A stretch of 64,000 nucleotides of DNA, from positions 2,942-66,941 of the forward strand of contig DUAN01000189.1 in NCBI GenBank assembly GCA_012960845.1, written 5' to 3'. Below the pieces are notes generated by a model that saw only the letters and a list, made by a program, of their open reading frames with translations, made no database searches and was not told the DNA's origin. Source of the stretch: Planctomycetota bacterium (lineage in GTDB: Bacteria > Planctomycetota > UBA8108 > UBA1146). The translations under genes and the position numbers were made by a program. This document shows positions 1 through 8,589 of this stretch, piece after piece; positions within the stretch are counted from its first letter, which is position 1, and every line of letters starts with the position of its first letter.

Positions 1-47
1 CAGCGGAGCGACAGAAGATCGAGAGTCTCCCTCCACATGAGCAACGC

Positions 48-611
48 TTGGTGCTGATGGGACGAAGAATCCATCGCTCTCTCTCTCTCTCCAAGCATGG
101 GCATCGTGTCATGTATCTGGCTCGCCACCTCACTCTGGCGCAGATGAATCAGTTCATCGAGACTGGGGATGTGGATGAGAGTCACCCGCAACTGCAAGAA
201 GCCGTCGCGCAGTTGAGTGATGAGATGAAGAAACGAATCCAGAAGCTGTTGCGAAGAGGTCGAGATCGACGCTTCAGGCCGAAGGGTGGCTTTCGGCCAC
301 CAGCGACCGGAGGCCAGGATCAAAGACCTCCTGCTCCTCCGGGAGCCAGGGGGCGCAATCATCCGCCTGGCGCCGCCGACCAGGAGCGAAGACCCCCACC
401 AGGAGCTGGGCCACGCAGGCTACGACCGGGTGGCGCAGATCGACGCCCCCGCCGAGAAATGATGCGAGGAGCCTCTCTCGAAGGAGCGGCTCTACCAGCT
501 CTCAAAGCGCTGATAGAAGTGGACCCCGCACCTCAAAATCGCACACCACAGGCTCTGGAAGGCCTCCACCGCTCCCTGGAAGACCTCGGGGCGCTCGACC
601 ACAATTCCTGA
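48..611 (+). CDS. hypothetical protein, possibly 5'-truncated at window edge; C-terminal Arg/Pro/Gly-rich low-complexity region
   Basis: Open frame from nt 3 with no upstream stop; GC3-rich codon usage; no recognisable domain by eye. Confidence 0.3.
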   Translation: MVLMGRRIHRSLSLSKHGHRVMYLARHLTLAQMNQFIETGDVDESHPQLQEAVAQLSDEMKKRIQKLLRRGRDRRFRPKGGFRPPATGGQDQRPPAPPGARGRNHPPGAADQERRPPPGAGPRRLRPGGADRRPRREMMRGASLEGAALPALKALIEVDPAPQNRTPQALEGLHRSLEDLGALDHNS

Positions 612-707
612 TTCCCCAGGGATCGGAGATGGCGCTCCACACTCACCTGGGGCACTTTCTGACCTCCCCCCGCTCACAGATCCTTGGAATCCACTGCCTC
701 CTCTCCC

Positions 708-735
708 TTGACCCGATTTCTCTGCTTGCTAGGAT
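708..735 (+). promoter_or_regulatory. candidate sigma-70-like promoter (TTGACC-16 nt-TAGGAT) upstream of 768..1229
   Basis: Read directly: TTGACC at ~708-713, 16-nt spacer, TAGGAT at ~730-735, then GAGAGGA Shine-Dalgarno 4 nt before the ATG at 768. Confidence 0.25.
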
Positions 736-767
736 TTTAGATTCCTGAACGAACACGAGAGGATCCG

Positions 768-1229
768 ATGGCCAAGCGCACTAAACCCGCCGCACGAAAA
801 AAGAGACGCGGCGGATCCAGTAAGAAGAACACTCCCAAGTTAGTCCAAGCGGCGCCCACTTCTGGTGGCATTCCGGTGGTCTGTAGCGAGTGCTACTCCG
901 ACTTCCTGTTCATGCCAAACACATCCAGCACATCTGCAAACTGTCCTGTCTGCATGCACAGCGGACAGGTGCCAGACTCTGGAGAGGTCGCGCGCATCTC
1001 GATGGCAAAAGCGACTGAACAGAAGGCGCTCATCGCCGCTTCTGTTCCAGGGGTCTTGTTCGTCTTGATCGGACTCTTCTATCTGATGCAGTTGAACTCC
1101 GCTGGTTCACCCGCAGAACTCGGTCCGGCGCTGAACTACTCGCTTCTGGGCGGAACCATTTTGTTGTTCCTGATCACCATCGTCTTCGCCGCTCGTTATG
1201 AGAAGAGTCGCAGCGAGATCTACTTCTAG
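768..1229 (+). CDS. small membrane protein with N-terminal Lys/Arg-rich tail, CxxC...CxxC zinc-ribbon and two C-terminal TM helices
   Basis: Motifs CSEC(40-43) and CPVC(59-62), hydrophobic segments VPGVLFVLIGLFYLM and GGTILLFLITIVFAA; good RBS. Confidence 0.5.
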   Translation: MAKRTKPAARKKRRGGSSKKNTPKLVQAAPTSGGIPVVCSECYSDFLFMPNTSSTSANCPVCMHSGQVPDSGEVARISMAKATEQKALIAASVPGVLFVLIGLFYLMQLNSAGSPAELGPALNYSLLGGTILLFLITIVFAARYEKSRSEIYF

Positions 1230-1249
1230 ATCATCGCTGCACCACTCCA

Positions 1250-3079
1250 TCAACGCTCGACGAAGGTTCCGTGATTCTCCTCGGCCAATAGTCTCATCAT
1301 CTGGGATGCGGCAGGGTCCAGATGGAATCCAATGGTGTGAATCTTGACCTTGCGCTGCTGGTTGCGAGCACGAATCGCAGCGAGGATCCCTCCCGGCTCG
1401 ACAATTTTCCCCATCGTGGGAGCTCCGTCACTGAGGAAGTAGATGGTGTTGACTTCCGGGTCATCGAGAGCAGAAATCAAGGTGTCATAGACATTGGTCA
1501 TCCCCCGAGGACCTAGCGATCTGACGTAATCCATCGCATCGGAGCGAATCCCATCCTCCATCTCGACGAGACCCGGTCGCCAGGGGGTAAAGGTGCTCTC
1601 GAAGGCGATGATGTTGAACTGGGTGCCGTCGGGGATCCCGTCGAGCACTCTCAACAGTTCGCGGCGTGCGACCTCGATCTTGGCCATCTTCTCTCTCTTA
1701 CCAGTCTTGCCGGATGAGTCTTCATCGACACCGGTTCCACCACGCTGGATCCGACCTCCGGGCAGTTTGACCGTATCGACCTCGTAGGGTTCTTCCATGC
1801 TCCCGGAAATATCGACGATGAAGGTGACGAAGCGGCTGAGTACTCGCAGTCCATAATAGGTACCGGTGGTGCTCTCCGAAGACTCCTCACGGATTCGCTG
1901 GTACTCCTCGCGGGAAATCCCGCGGATCTCTGCATCTTTTCCTTCTCGGTCCCACCACGAGGTCCAGGAGACTTCACTGGGGCCATAGTCCTGGCCCGTC
2001 AACCAGACCAGTGCATCGCAGATATCATCGAGGACTCGACCCTCATGCTTTCCAACCCGCTTGACCAGAGCTTCGGCCACCTCCTTGCCGCCGATCTTCC
2101 GTAGCGCCTGAACCGTCGACACCTGCACCTCGACAAATGCGTCCTTCAGCATCGGGAGCAAGATTTTGATCACTTCAGGGTCGTGAGTATCGCCGAAGAT
2201 ATCGACCGCACAGGCTCGTACGGTCCAGTGTTTACTTTTCAGAGCCCTGTGAAAGGTACGGCTCTGATCATCGGCTTCCAGCTGCTGGAGAGCCTGAAGC
2301 ACAGCCACCTGCAACTTGGCATCGTTGACCCTGAACAACTTGCCCAGTTTCTTCTTGGAAGACTCGACCCGGTGCATGCGGATCAGATCGACGATCAATG
2401 CCTGGTTGTGCGGCGGGATCTTGCGATTCCCGAGAATTTTAGCGGCGGACTCCCCCGCCGCAGAATTGTCGGCGCGCAGTGCGATGGAGAGAAGAATATT
2501 CTGCGACTCGACATCGAGTGCCGGGACCCTGAGGATCCCCTTCTCGGCGATGTAATCTGACTCTCCCTGACTCAGGTCACGGTCCCAACAGTCTCTCACC
2601 ACCCAGTAGGACCGGGTCGGTAGAATCGTCAGGCCCGACTCCACCACCGCCTGCAATCCAACAGAATGGCGATGGAGCGCTACCAGGCGAATTGCGGATT
2701 CGATGATCGATGTCTTTTCACTTCGATCTTCGATGATCGTCGCGAGAAATTCCGAAGCATCCAGAGAATCGATTTCACCGATCTTCTGAATCGCGTCGAT
2801 CCGTTCCAGAACCTCGAGATTTTTTTGCTGCCTGAACTGTTCTTTCCAGTGTTCTAGACCCTGAGCATCCACCTCGGACGAGCAAAAGAGCACGGAGATC
2901 GAGCACCAGAGGAGTCCCTGACAGATCCAGGCACACCGAGAAGCATTGAACATCAATACACCTTTCCGAGGAGTCGGATGCCACTGCTCTCGAATCGGTT
3001 GAGAGGCACCAATACTGTCGGTACCGAGTCTCGCCACTCGATGGAACCGACTCGAACCTGTTATCCTGTCCATCTCCAA
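1250..3079 (-). CDS. secreted HEAT-repeat / von Willebrand factor A (VWA, MIDAS DxSGS) domain protein; likely true start at internal Met near 2956 (signal peptide MFNASRCAWICQGLLWCSISVLF)
   Basis: HEAT-like repeats (HWTVRACAVDIFGDTHDPEVIKILLPMLKD), VWA/MIDAS motif VTFIVDISGSM, characteristic IYFLSDGAPT; paralog of 51861..53456. Confidence 0.75.
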   Translation of the reverse strand: MEMDRITGSSRFHRVARLGTDSIGASQPIREQWHPTPRKGVLMFNASRCAWICQGLLWCSISVLFCSSEVDAQGLEHWKEQFRQQKNLEVLERIDAIQKIGEIDSLDASEFLATIIEDRSEKTSIIESAIRLVALHRHSVGLQAVVESGLTILPTRSYWVVRDCWDRDLSQGESDYIAEKGILRVPALDVESQNILLSIALRADNSAAGESAAKILGNRKIPPHNQALIVDLIRMHRVESSKKKLGKLFRVNDAKLQVAVLQALQQLEADDQSRTFHRALKSKHWTVRACAVDIFGDTHDPEVIKILLPMLKDAFVEVQVSTVQALRKIGGKEVAEALVKRVGKHEGRVLDDICDALVWLTGQDYGPSEVSWTSWWDREGKDAEIRGISREEYQRIREESSESTTGTYYGLRVLSRFVTFIVDISGSMEEPYEVDTVKLPGGRIQRGGTGVDEDSSGKTGKREKMAKIEVARRELLRVLDGIPDGTQFNIIAFESTFTPWRPGLVEMEDGIRSDAMDYVRSLGPRGMTNVYDTLISALDDPEVNTIYFLSDGAPTMGKIVEPGGILAAIRARNQQRKVKIHTIGFHLDPAASQMMRLLAEENHGTFVER

Positions 3080-3165
3080 CGAACAGCGATGATGTGATTC
3101 TGGCCGCAGGAACTGCTCATGTCCATCCCCCGATCGTCACTCCTTCCGAACACACGAGGTGAAAG

Positions 3166-4242
3166 TTGAAATCTGGCCCCCTGCTGTCCCTCGCTCCGAT
3201 CCTGCTGCTGGGATTTCTCTTCAGCTCTCTTCCACAGATGGGCAGTACTGAAACTCGCCAGCGAAGCGACCAAGAAACACACGCCGCGACTGCAGCGCAA
3301 CACTGGCCCAAACCAACAGGAATTACGATTCTCCTGATGGGCGAAGATCCCGCCGAGAGATTCTCCACAAACTTGCGGTGGGCTCAACAAATCGGATTTC
3401 GCTGGATCCAGATCACATTCCCCGCCTACCAGAGTCGATTCGATTCATCTTCTTTACCGGTAGAGGACCACAGGAGTCCATCCTTGAAGCAAATCTCCCG
3501 AGCGATAGACGACGCCAGGAATGCGGGGATGCAGGTAGCCTTGCAACCGCTGCTGTTGCTCCAGGATCCACACGATCCTCACTGGCGCGGACAGTTGAAA
3601 CCGGTTGAGCCCAGGAGGTGGTTCCGTCATTACCAGCAGTGGATCCTGAGTCTTGCCCAGCTGGCTCAACGACATCAGGTCGACCTGTTCTTCGTCGGTA
3701 GCGAGTTGTCCTCACTGGAATACGACAGCGAAAGTTGGCTTCGCATCATCAAGGATGTACGTCAATCCTTTTCCGGCTGGGTCAGTTACTCTGCCAACTG
3801 GGATCATTGGCAACAGATCGGATTTGCCAGCCAACTCGATGCGCTGGGACTCAACGGTTACATCCCTCTGGCCACCACCAACGATGACCGAGATGAGGCT
3901 CTGGTGGCTCGATGGCTACCATTTCGGTCGAGGATTCATCGCTGGACCCGCGACTCCGGCATTCCGGTATTCTTCAGTGAGTTGGGCTTCCCATCGCACT
4001 CCCTGGGATTGCAGGAACCGTGGAATCACACCGTGGTGGCTGCAGCAGACCCGGTCATACAGGCCCGAGGCTATCAGTCCTTCCTCGACACTTTTTCGAC
4101 AGATCCCCTGCTACAGGGGGTTTTCTTCTATGCACTTCACATGGATGGCGGCGAGCATGACCCGAGTTACACTCCAGCAGGGAAACCTGCTGAGGAATTG
4201 CTCCGAGCCCATCTCCAGAGAGGAACCGGCGAACCCAGATGA
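3166..4242 (+). CDS. putative secreted glycoside hydrolase-like TIM-barrel protein (TTG start, signal peptide)
   Basis: N-terminal signal peptide LLSLAPILLLGFLFSS; FFVGSELS-type catalytic-Glu context and aromatic-rich barrel strands; family not assignable by eye. Confidence 0.5.
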   Translation: MKSGPLLSLAPILLLGFLFSSLPQMGSTETRQRSDQETHAATAAQHWPKPTGITILLMGEDPAERFSTNLRWAQQIGFRWIQITFPAYQSRFDSSSLPVEDHRSPSLKQISRAIDDARNAGMQVALQPLLLLQDPHDPHWRGQLKPVEPRRWFRHYQQWILSLAQLAQRHQVDLFFVGSELSSLEYDSESWLRIIKDVRQSFSGWVSYSANWDHWQQIGFASQLDALGLNGYIPLATTNDDRDEALVARWLPFRSRIHRWTRDSGIPVFFSELGFPSHSLGLQEPWNHTVVAAADPVIQARGYQSFLDTFSTDPLLQGVFFYALHMDGGEHDPSYTPAGKPAEELLRAHLQRGTGEPR

Positions 4243-5198
4243 CCAGATTGCTGATCTTCTGCGCCCTGATGGTGACTGCGGTGCTCTTCCAGGCGCTCCA
4301 GGCTCGTCCACCGTTGATCGAGATCAGCGAGAAGATCGCTTCCCCTTCCTCGGTATCTTTGGCCGCAAACTCATCCCTCGATTCCACTCACCCCGTGGAG
4401 AACTCGGACTCGCAGCAACGCTCCCACTGGTCCACTGAACAAAAACGCTCCATCGAGGAACGCCTGTCACGATGGTCCCCCATCGAAATCAGCGAACTCG
4501 AACTAGCGGGACCGTCTCCAGCGGATCAACTGCTGCTCCTCGAGTCGCTCTGTCAGCAGGAGTTGACACGCCTCGGCCAGAAGGACCCTGCAGCCGCTGT
4601 TCCACTGCTGACGATGCGACTGAAGGGCGGATCGACTCTCGCCTATCGATCTCTTCAGATCCGTGCCGCCACGGTAGAAACGGTACTCCCCAGTGGACTA
4701 TCGATCCGCATTCCGACTTCTCGCATCGAAGCGACTCAGGTAACCACGACTGTCCCACCCGCAGCCACGTCTCCTTCGGGCAGTCTCGTCGACACCATTT
4801 CCATCGTAGACAGCATCGGTCGACAGGAACCGATCGATCCGATCCGCTGGCGCTCCTGGCTCGAACACGGTGGGCCCGTGATGCTGGCACGATTGATTCC
4901 TACAGAGCGTTCGAAACCGTTGCATGAGTTGACCCGGAACGCCGGGAAGTCATTGCCTTCAGATCTACCAGAGGTCGCGGGGAAGTCGACGGAACAGTTG
5001 AGTCAATGGATCTCCTCGATCCGAACCCTTTTGCGAGAAGGATTCCCCTCCGAGCAAAGGGTCGAGGTCCTCGAGCAGATCGACCAGTGGCAACAATGGC
5101 TCGACCTTCAAGCCCTTACAGCACAGACTCGATACCAGCAGATGAGTCAACAACTTCGGCTACTGAAGCTGGACATCGTCAAGAGCACAGGTTTTTGA
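4239..5198 (+). CDS. hypothetical secreted protein
   Basis: Signal peptide LLIFCALMVTAVLFQALQA; ATGA overlap with upstream gene; no recognisable domain. Confidence 0.45.
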   Translation: MTRLLIFCALMVTAVLFQALQARPPLIEISEKIASPSSVSLAANSSLDSTHPVENSDSQQRSHWSTEQKRSIEERLSRWSPIEISELELAGPSPADQLLLLESLCQQELTRLGQKDPAAAVPLLTMRLKGGSTLAYRSLQIRAATVETVLPSGLSIRIPTSRIEATQVTTTVPPAATSPSGSLVDTISIVDSIGRQEPIDPIRWRSWLEHGGPVMLARLIPTERSKPLHELTRNAGKSLPSDLPEVAGKSTEQLSQWISSIRTLLREGFPSEQRVEVLEQIDQWQQWLDLQALTAQTRYQQMSQQLRLLKLDIVKSTGF

Positions 5199-5213
5199 TC
5201 GAGGAGATCCCGG

Positions 5214-5876
5214 ATGAAGAAAGAACGAATCGCCGTCGTTGGGCTGGGACAGTTTGGTTCATCCCTGGTTCGCGAACTCGTCCACATGAAGGTCGAAATC
5301 CTCGCCATCGACAAAAATTCGCAGAGGGTGATGGAGATCGCCGAGTCGTGTGACGACGCACTGACTCTCGACATCCTCGATGAGGAGGCGATTCGTGAAC
5401 ACCTGATCGGAGTCAAGACAGTGGTGGTTTGCATCGGAGAGAGTCCGCTGCCCGGGATCCTCCTGACGACCATCGCCAAGGAGTTGAAGATCCCCAGGGT
5501 TCATGTTCGAGCACATGGAGATACTGCTCAGAAGATTCTACTCAAGTTGGGGGCGGACGATGTCTATTCGCCGGAGAAGAAAGCGGCCCGCAGGATGGCG
5601 CTAAAATTGACGGTTCCCAACATCGTGGACTCTCTTCCGATGGGGAAAGATCAGGCGATTGTTGAGATTCCAGTTCCCGATCGCTGGATCGGCAAAACCA
5701 TCGGCGAGCTCGAGATCCGTCAGAATCACGCCATCAATTTAATCTGTATCTGGCGAGCGGATGCCGATGTAGCGGACTTCAGCCCCGCAGTCGATGTTCC
5801 CTTTCAGGAGACCGACAAGGTGTTCCTGCTGGGGTCGAAGGATCGACTGGCAGACCTCAAACCTTCCGACTCCTAG
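5214..5876 (+). CDS. trkA: TrkA/KtrA-type K+ uptake regulatory subunit (RCK_N + RCK_C)
   Basis: Rossmann motif IAVVGLGQFG, RCK_N fold, C-terminal TrkA-C segment; ~220 aa like KtrA. Confidence 0.85.
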   Translation: MKKERIAVVGLGQFGSSLVRELVHMKVEILAIDKNSQRVMEIAESCDDALTLDILDEEAIREHLIGVKTVVVCIGESPLPGILLTTIAKELKIPRVHVRAHGDTAQKILLKLGADDVYSPEKKAARRMALKLTVPNIVDSLPMGKDQAIVEIPVPDRWIGKTIGELEIRQNHAINLICIWRADADVADFSPAVDVPFQETDKVFLLGSKDRLADLKPSDS

Positions 5877-5882
5877 CTGCGG

Positions 5883-7490
5883 CTAGCCGAGCATCACGCG
5901 GCCCGGTGGGCGCTCTCCTCGTGGAGCGGAACTGGAGATGGAAGCCATCGCAAGGACCAGCGCCAGCGGCCCCAGTCGACCGCAGATCATCGCCACCTCG
6001 ATGATGGTGCGCCCGGTTTCGCTCAAGGTCGATGTCACACCGCGACTCAATCCAACGGTGGCCAGTGCGCTGGTCACCTCGAAGGCATAATCGATGAACT
6101 GATACTTCTCTGAAGAACCGTCCACCGCCAGCAGCAATCCCAGCAAGATTCCCCACAGCAACATGCCGATCACCGCCAGCACCGCAGCGGTCCGGATCAC
6201 CGGATCGGGGATCACTCGGTTCCACGCCACCACCTGGCCGCCGCCACGAAGTTCGGACCAGGTCGCGAGAAATAACACCCCGATGGTGGTGGTCTTCAAA
6301 CCACCACCAGTCGATCCGGGAGAGGCTCCGATACTCATCAAAACCATCAGAACCAGAGTGCTGGCCCATGGCAGAACCGAAGTCGTGGAAGTGTTGAAGC
6401 CTGCGGTCCGCGCCGTAATACTCCAGAACCACGAGTCGCTCCCTGTTCCGCTGAAAGAGAGCAACAAGGCCCCCGAGATCAGCAATACGAGACTGACCAG
6501 CAGGGTCAGTCGGGTCTGGAGCGGGAATCGCTGACTGCCATTCGAACCAAACTTCCGCCACAGATCGAGAAGAACAGGGAAACCCAATCCGCCGACGATG
6601 ATCAGCATCGCCATCACCAAACGAGCTGCGGTGGAGTACCCTTCCAGCGATGAGGAGTGGAGGGAGAATCCGGCGTTACAGAAGGCGCTGACGGCATGAA
6701 ATAGCGCATCGAAATACCCACCCTCGCTGTCGGTCGCCCAGATCAGAAACAAGGTACCGATCGACTCCACCAGCAAGGTAGAGATGACGATCACACCGAG
6801 CAATTTCCTCAGTTCCAAGATGCCCACTCCAGCGAGCGAATCTCGCAGCGCTTTGCCCTGACGGATGCCGAGACCATCCCCCAGCACCAGGGCAAAGAAG
6901 GCAAAGAGACTGATCACTCCCAGACCTCCAAGTTGGATCAGACCCAGCAAAACCCACTGTCCTTCGATCGACAGTTGAGAACCAATATCGATGACGGTCA
7001 GTCCGGTGACGGTCACGGCACTGATGGCGGTAAAGAGAGCCTCTGAAAGGATCAAAGGATCCATCGGGCTTTCGATCGATTGACAACGTGGCATCATCAT
7101 GAGGGCGGTTCCGACCACCACTGGTGCCAGGAAGAAGAGGATCACTACCAGCGCTCCACCACGCCGAATTTGTTCCAGCAGAAAGGAAAGTAATCCTAGC
7201 AGGGTGAAGCCCAGGGCGAATAAGGCACCGATGATGACCAGGAATTGTTGATTCCAGCCGCACCCGATCAGGCACAACAGCAGCACCGTCAACCCGGGGA
7301 GGGAGCTGCGGCTCCCCTCGGATCGGAGTTTCAGGATCAGATCGGCGAGGGCGACCAGAGCCAGCAGCAGGGGTACGGTGGTCCACCCCTCGACCGGCAT
7401 GCTACCCGCTGGACTGAGGAACCAGGGCCCCATCACCAGCATCGCAGTGAGCCCCAGCAAAGCACGGATCGAGTGAGAAAAGAGGTCCAT
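5883..7490 (-). CDS. trkH: TrkH/KtrB family cation (K+) transporter
   Basis: Multiple TM helices and selectivity-filter-like GASPGSTGGGLKTTT motif; convergent with trkA. Confidence 0.85.
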   Translation of the reverse strand: MDLFSHSIRALLGLTAMLVMGPWFLSPAGSMPVEGWTTVPLLLALVALADLILKLRSEGSRSSLPGLTVLLLCLIGCGWNQQFLVIIGALFALGFTLLGLLSFLLEQIRRGGALVVILFFLAPVVVGTALMMMPRCQSIESPMDPLILSEALFTAISAVTVTGLTVIDIGSQLSIEGQWVLLGLIQLGGLGVISLFAFFALVLGDGLGIRQGKALRDSLAGVGILELRKLLGVIVISTLLVESIGTLFLIWATDSEGGYFDALFHAVSAFCNAGFSLHSSSLEGYSTAARLVMAMLIIVGGLGFPVLLDLWRKFGSNGSQRFPLQTRLTLLVSLVLLISGALLLSFSGTGSDSWFWSITARTAGFNTSTTSVLPWASTLVLMVLMSIGASPGSTGGGLKTTTIGVLFLATWSELRGGGQVVAWNRVIPDPVIRTAAVLAVIGMLLWGILLGLLLAVDGSSEKYQFIDYAFEVTSALATVGLSRGVTSTLSETGRTIIEVAMICGRLGPLALVLAMASISSSAPRGERPPGRVMLG

Positions 7491-7619
7491 GGCGATTGAT
7501 TGTGCAGGAACTGCGCTGCTGAGGCCAGTGCGTCTGGATTCCGGTCGGCGGATCTGCTAGAAAACGGGTCGCATGCGGGGTCCAGTCCAGTCGAAGGACC
7601 CCTGTTTCCCTGTTACCAG

Positions 7620-7692
7620 GGCCCTGTAGCTCAGTGGATAGAGCACCGGCCTCCGAAGCCGGGTGTCGCACGTTCGAATCGTGCCAGGGTCG
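7620..7692 (+). tRNA. tRNA-Arg (anticodon CCG)
   Basis: Cloverleaf read by hand: acceptor GGCCCTG/CAGGGTC, D-arm GCTC-AGTGGATA-GAGC, anticodon stem CCGGC/GCCGG with loop CTCCGAA (anticodon CCG), T-arm GCACG-TTCGAAT-CGTGC; no encoded CCA. Confidence 0.9.
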
Positions 7693-7701
7693 TTCAAATC
7701 G

Positions 7702-7727
7702 GCGCCGGGAGTCCTTTCTCCCGGCGC
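7702..7727 (+). terminator. perfect 10-bp stem-loop (GCGCCGGGAG-TCCTTT-CTCCCGGCGC) immediately 3' of tRNA-Arg
   Basis: Perfect inverted repeat read in sequence; no obvious T-tract (high-GC genome), so terminator or processing-hairpin function is inferred. Confidence 0.45.
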
Positions 7728-7749
7728 TGGCTTCGTTGCAGGAGGAGAT

Positions 7750-8589
7750 CTGAACTCACTCAATACCGCTCCGGAGCGACCCGACACCTGGGTCATCGGA
7801 GATGTTCACGGCTGTCACGCCACCCTCTCCCAACTGCTCGAATCGTTGCACAAGAGCGATCCAGCGTGCCACTTCGTCTTCGTCGGTGACCTGGTGGGTA
7901 AGGGCCCCTCGAGTCTCGAGGTGCTGAAGACGGTTCATTCTCTCGGAGATCGTGCCGAGGTGATTCTGGGCAATCATGATCTTCATCTACTGGCGATCCA
8001 CGCCCAGGTCACCACAGCACGTGCTGGAGACCACCTGGAAGAGTGCCTACAACACACCGCTCTCACTCAGCCGGAACCGTGGCAATGGCCTCGCTGGCTG
8101 GCGCAGAAGCCGCTGGCGCTGGTCGTGGCCGAATCTTCCGGAATTCCCTGGCTGGTGGTTCACGCCGGGCTTCACCCGCAGTGGAGTGTCGCCGAGGTGA
8201 TGACTCGAGCGATGCACCTCTCTCAGCGGATTCGCAGTGGCGACTGGTCCTGGTATCAAAATCCGAACGATCCGGATGGAGTCACCGCAGCCTACTTGAC
8301 CCGGGTGCGAGGATTGAAGAAAGACCTGTCACTGGCGGATCAGTGGACCGGTGCGCTCGATACCTGTCCGCCGACCGTGACTCCGTGGTTCCAGGTCGAG
8401 GATCGTGCGACCCGCGAGCACGCCACCATCACGGGCCACTGGGCTGCTCTGGGGCTGGTTCGACATCAGAAGCATGTCAGCATCGATACCGGCTGCGTTT
8501 ATGGAGGAGCACTGGTAGCACTCTCGCTGAACAGCGGGGTGACCCGGCGAGTCGAATGCCTGCCAGAGGATCGAATCGTGACCGATTAG
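7750..8589 (+). CDS. apaH: bis(5'-nucleosyl)-tetraphosphatase (symmetrical), ApaH-like metallophosphoesterase; start uncertain (no in-frame ATG/GTG/TTG after the tRNA; CTG at ~7750 preceded by GGAGGAG)
   Basis: Near-identity of motifs to E. coli ApaH: WVIGDVHGC, GDLVxxGPxSLEVL, VILGNHDLHLL, TGHWAALG...IDTGCVYGG. Confidence 0.8.
   Translation: MNSLNTAPERPDTWVIGDVHGCHATLSQLLESLHKSDPACHFVFVGDLVGKGPSSLEVLKTVHSLGDRAEVILGNHDLHLLAIHAQVTTARAGDHLEECLQHTALTQPEPWQWPRWLAQKPLALVVAESSGIPWLVVHAGLHPQWSVAEVMTRAMHLSQRIRSGDWSWYQNPNDPDGVTAAYLTRVRGLKKDLSLADQWTGALDTCPPTVTPWFQVEDRATREHATITGHWAALGLVRHQKHVSIDTGCVYGGALVALSLNSGVTRRVECLPEDRIVTD

Noticed and set aside
4875-4895. TGGCACGATTGATTCC sigma-54-like -24 element, and a CTGGCACATTCAGCGAATGC element near 24230
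   Set aside because: Wrong GG-to-GC spacing (not N10), located inside CDSs, and wrong strand for the minus-strand operon (the 4881 element is also far outside it)
7663-7749. ATG start of the apaH-like ORF given by the ORF track
   Set aside because: Lies inside tRNA-Arg and upstream of the tRNA hairpin; the conserved ApaH N-terminus begins ~130 nt later
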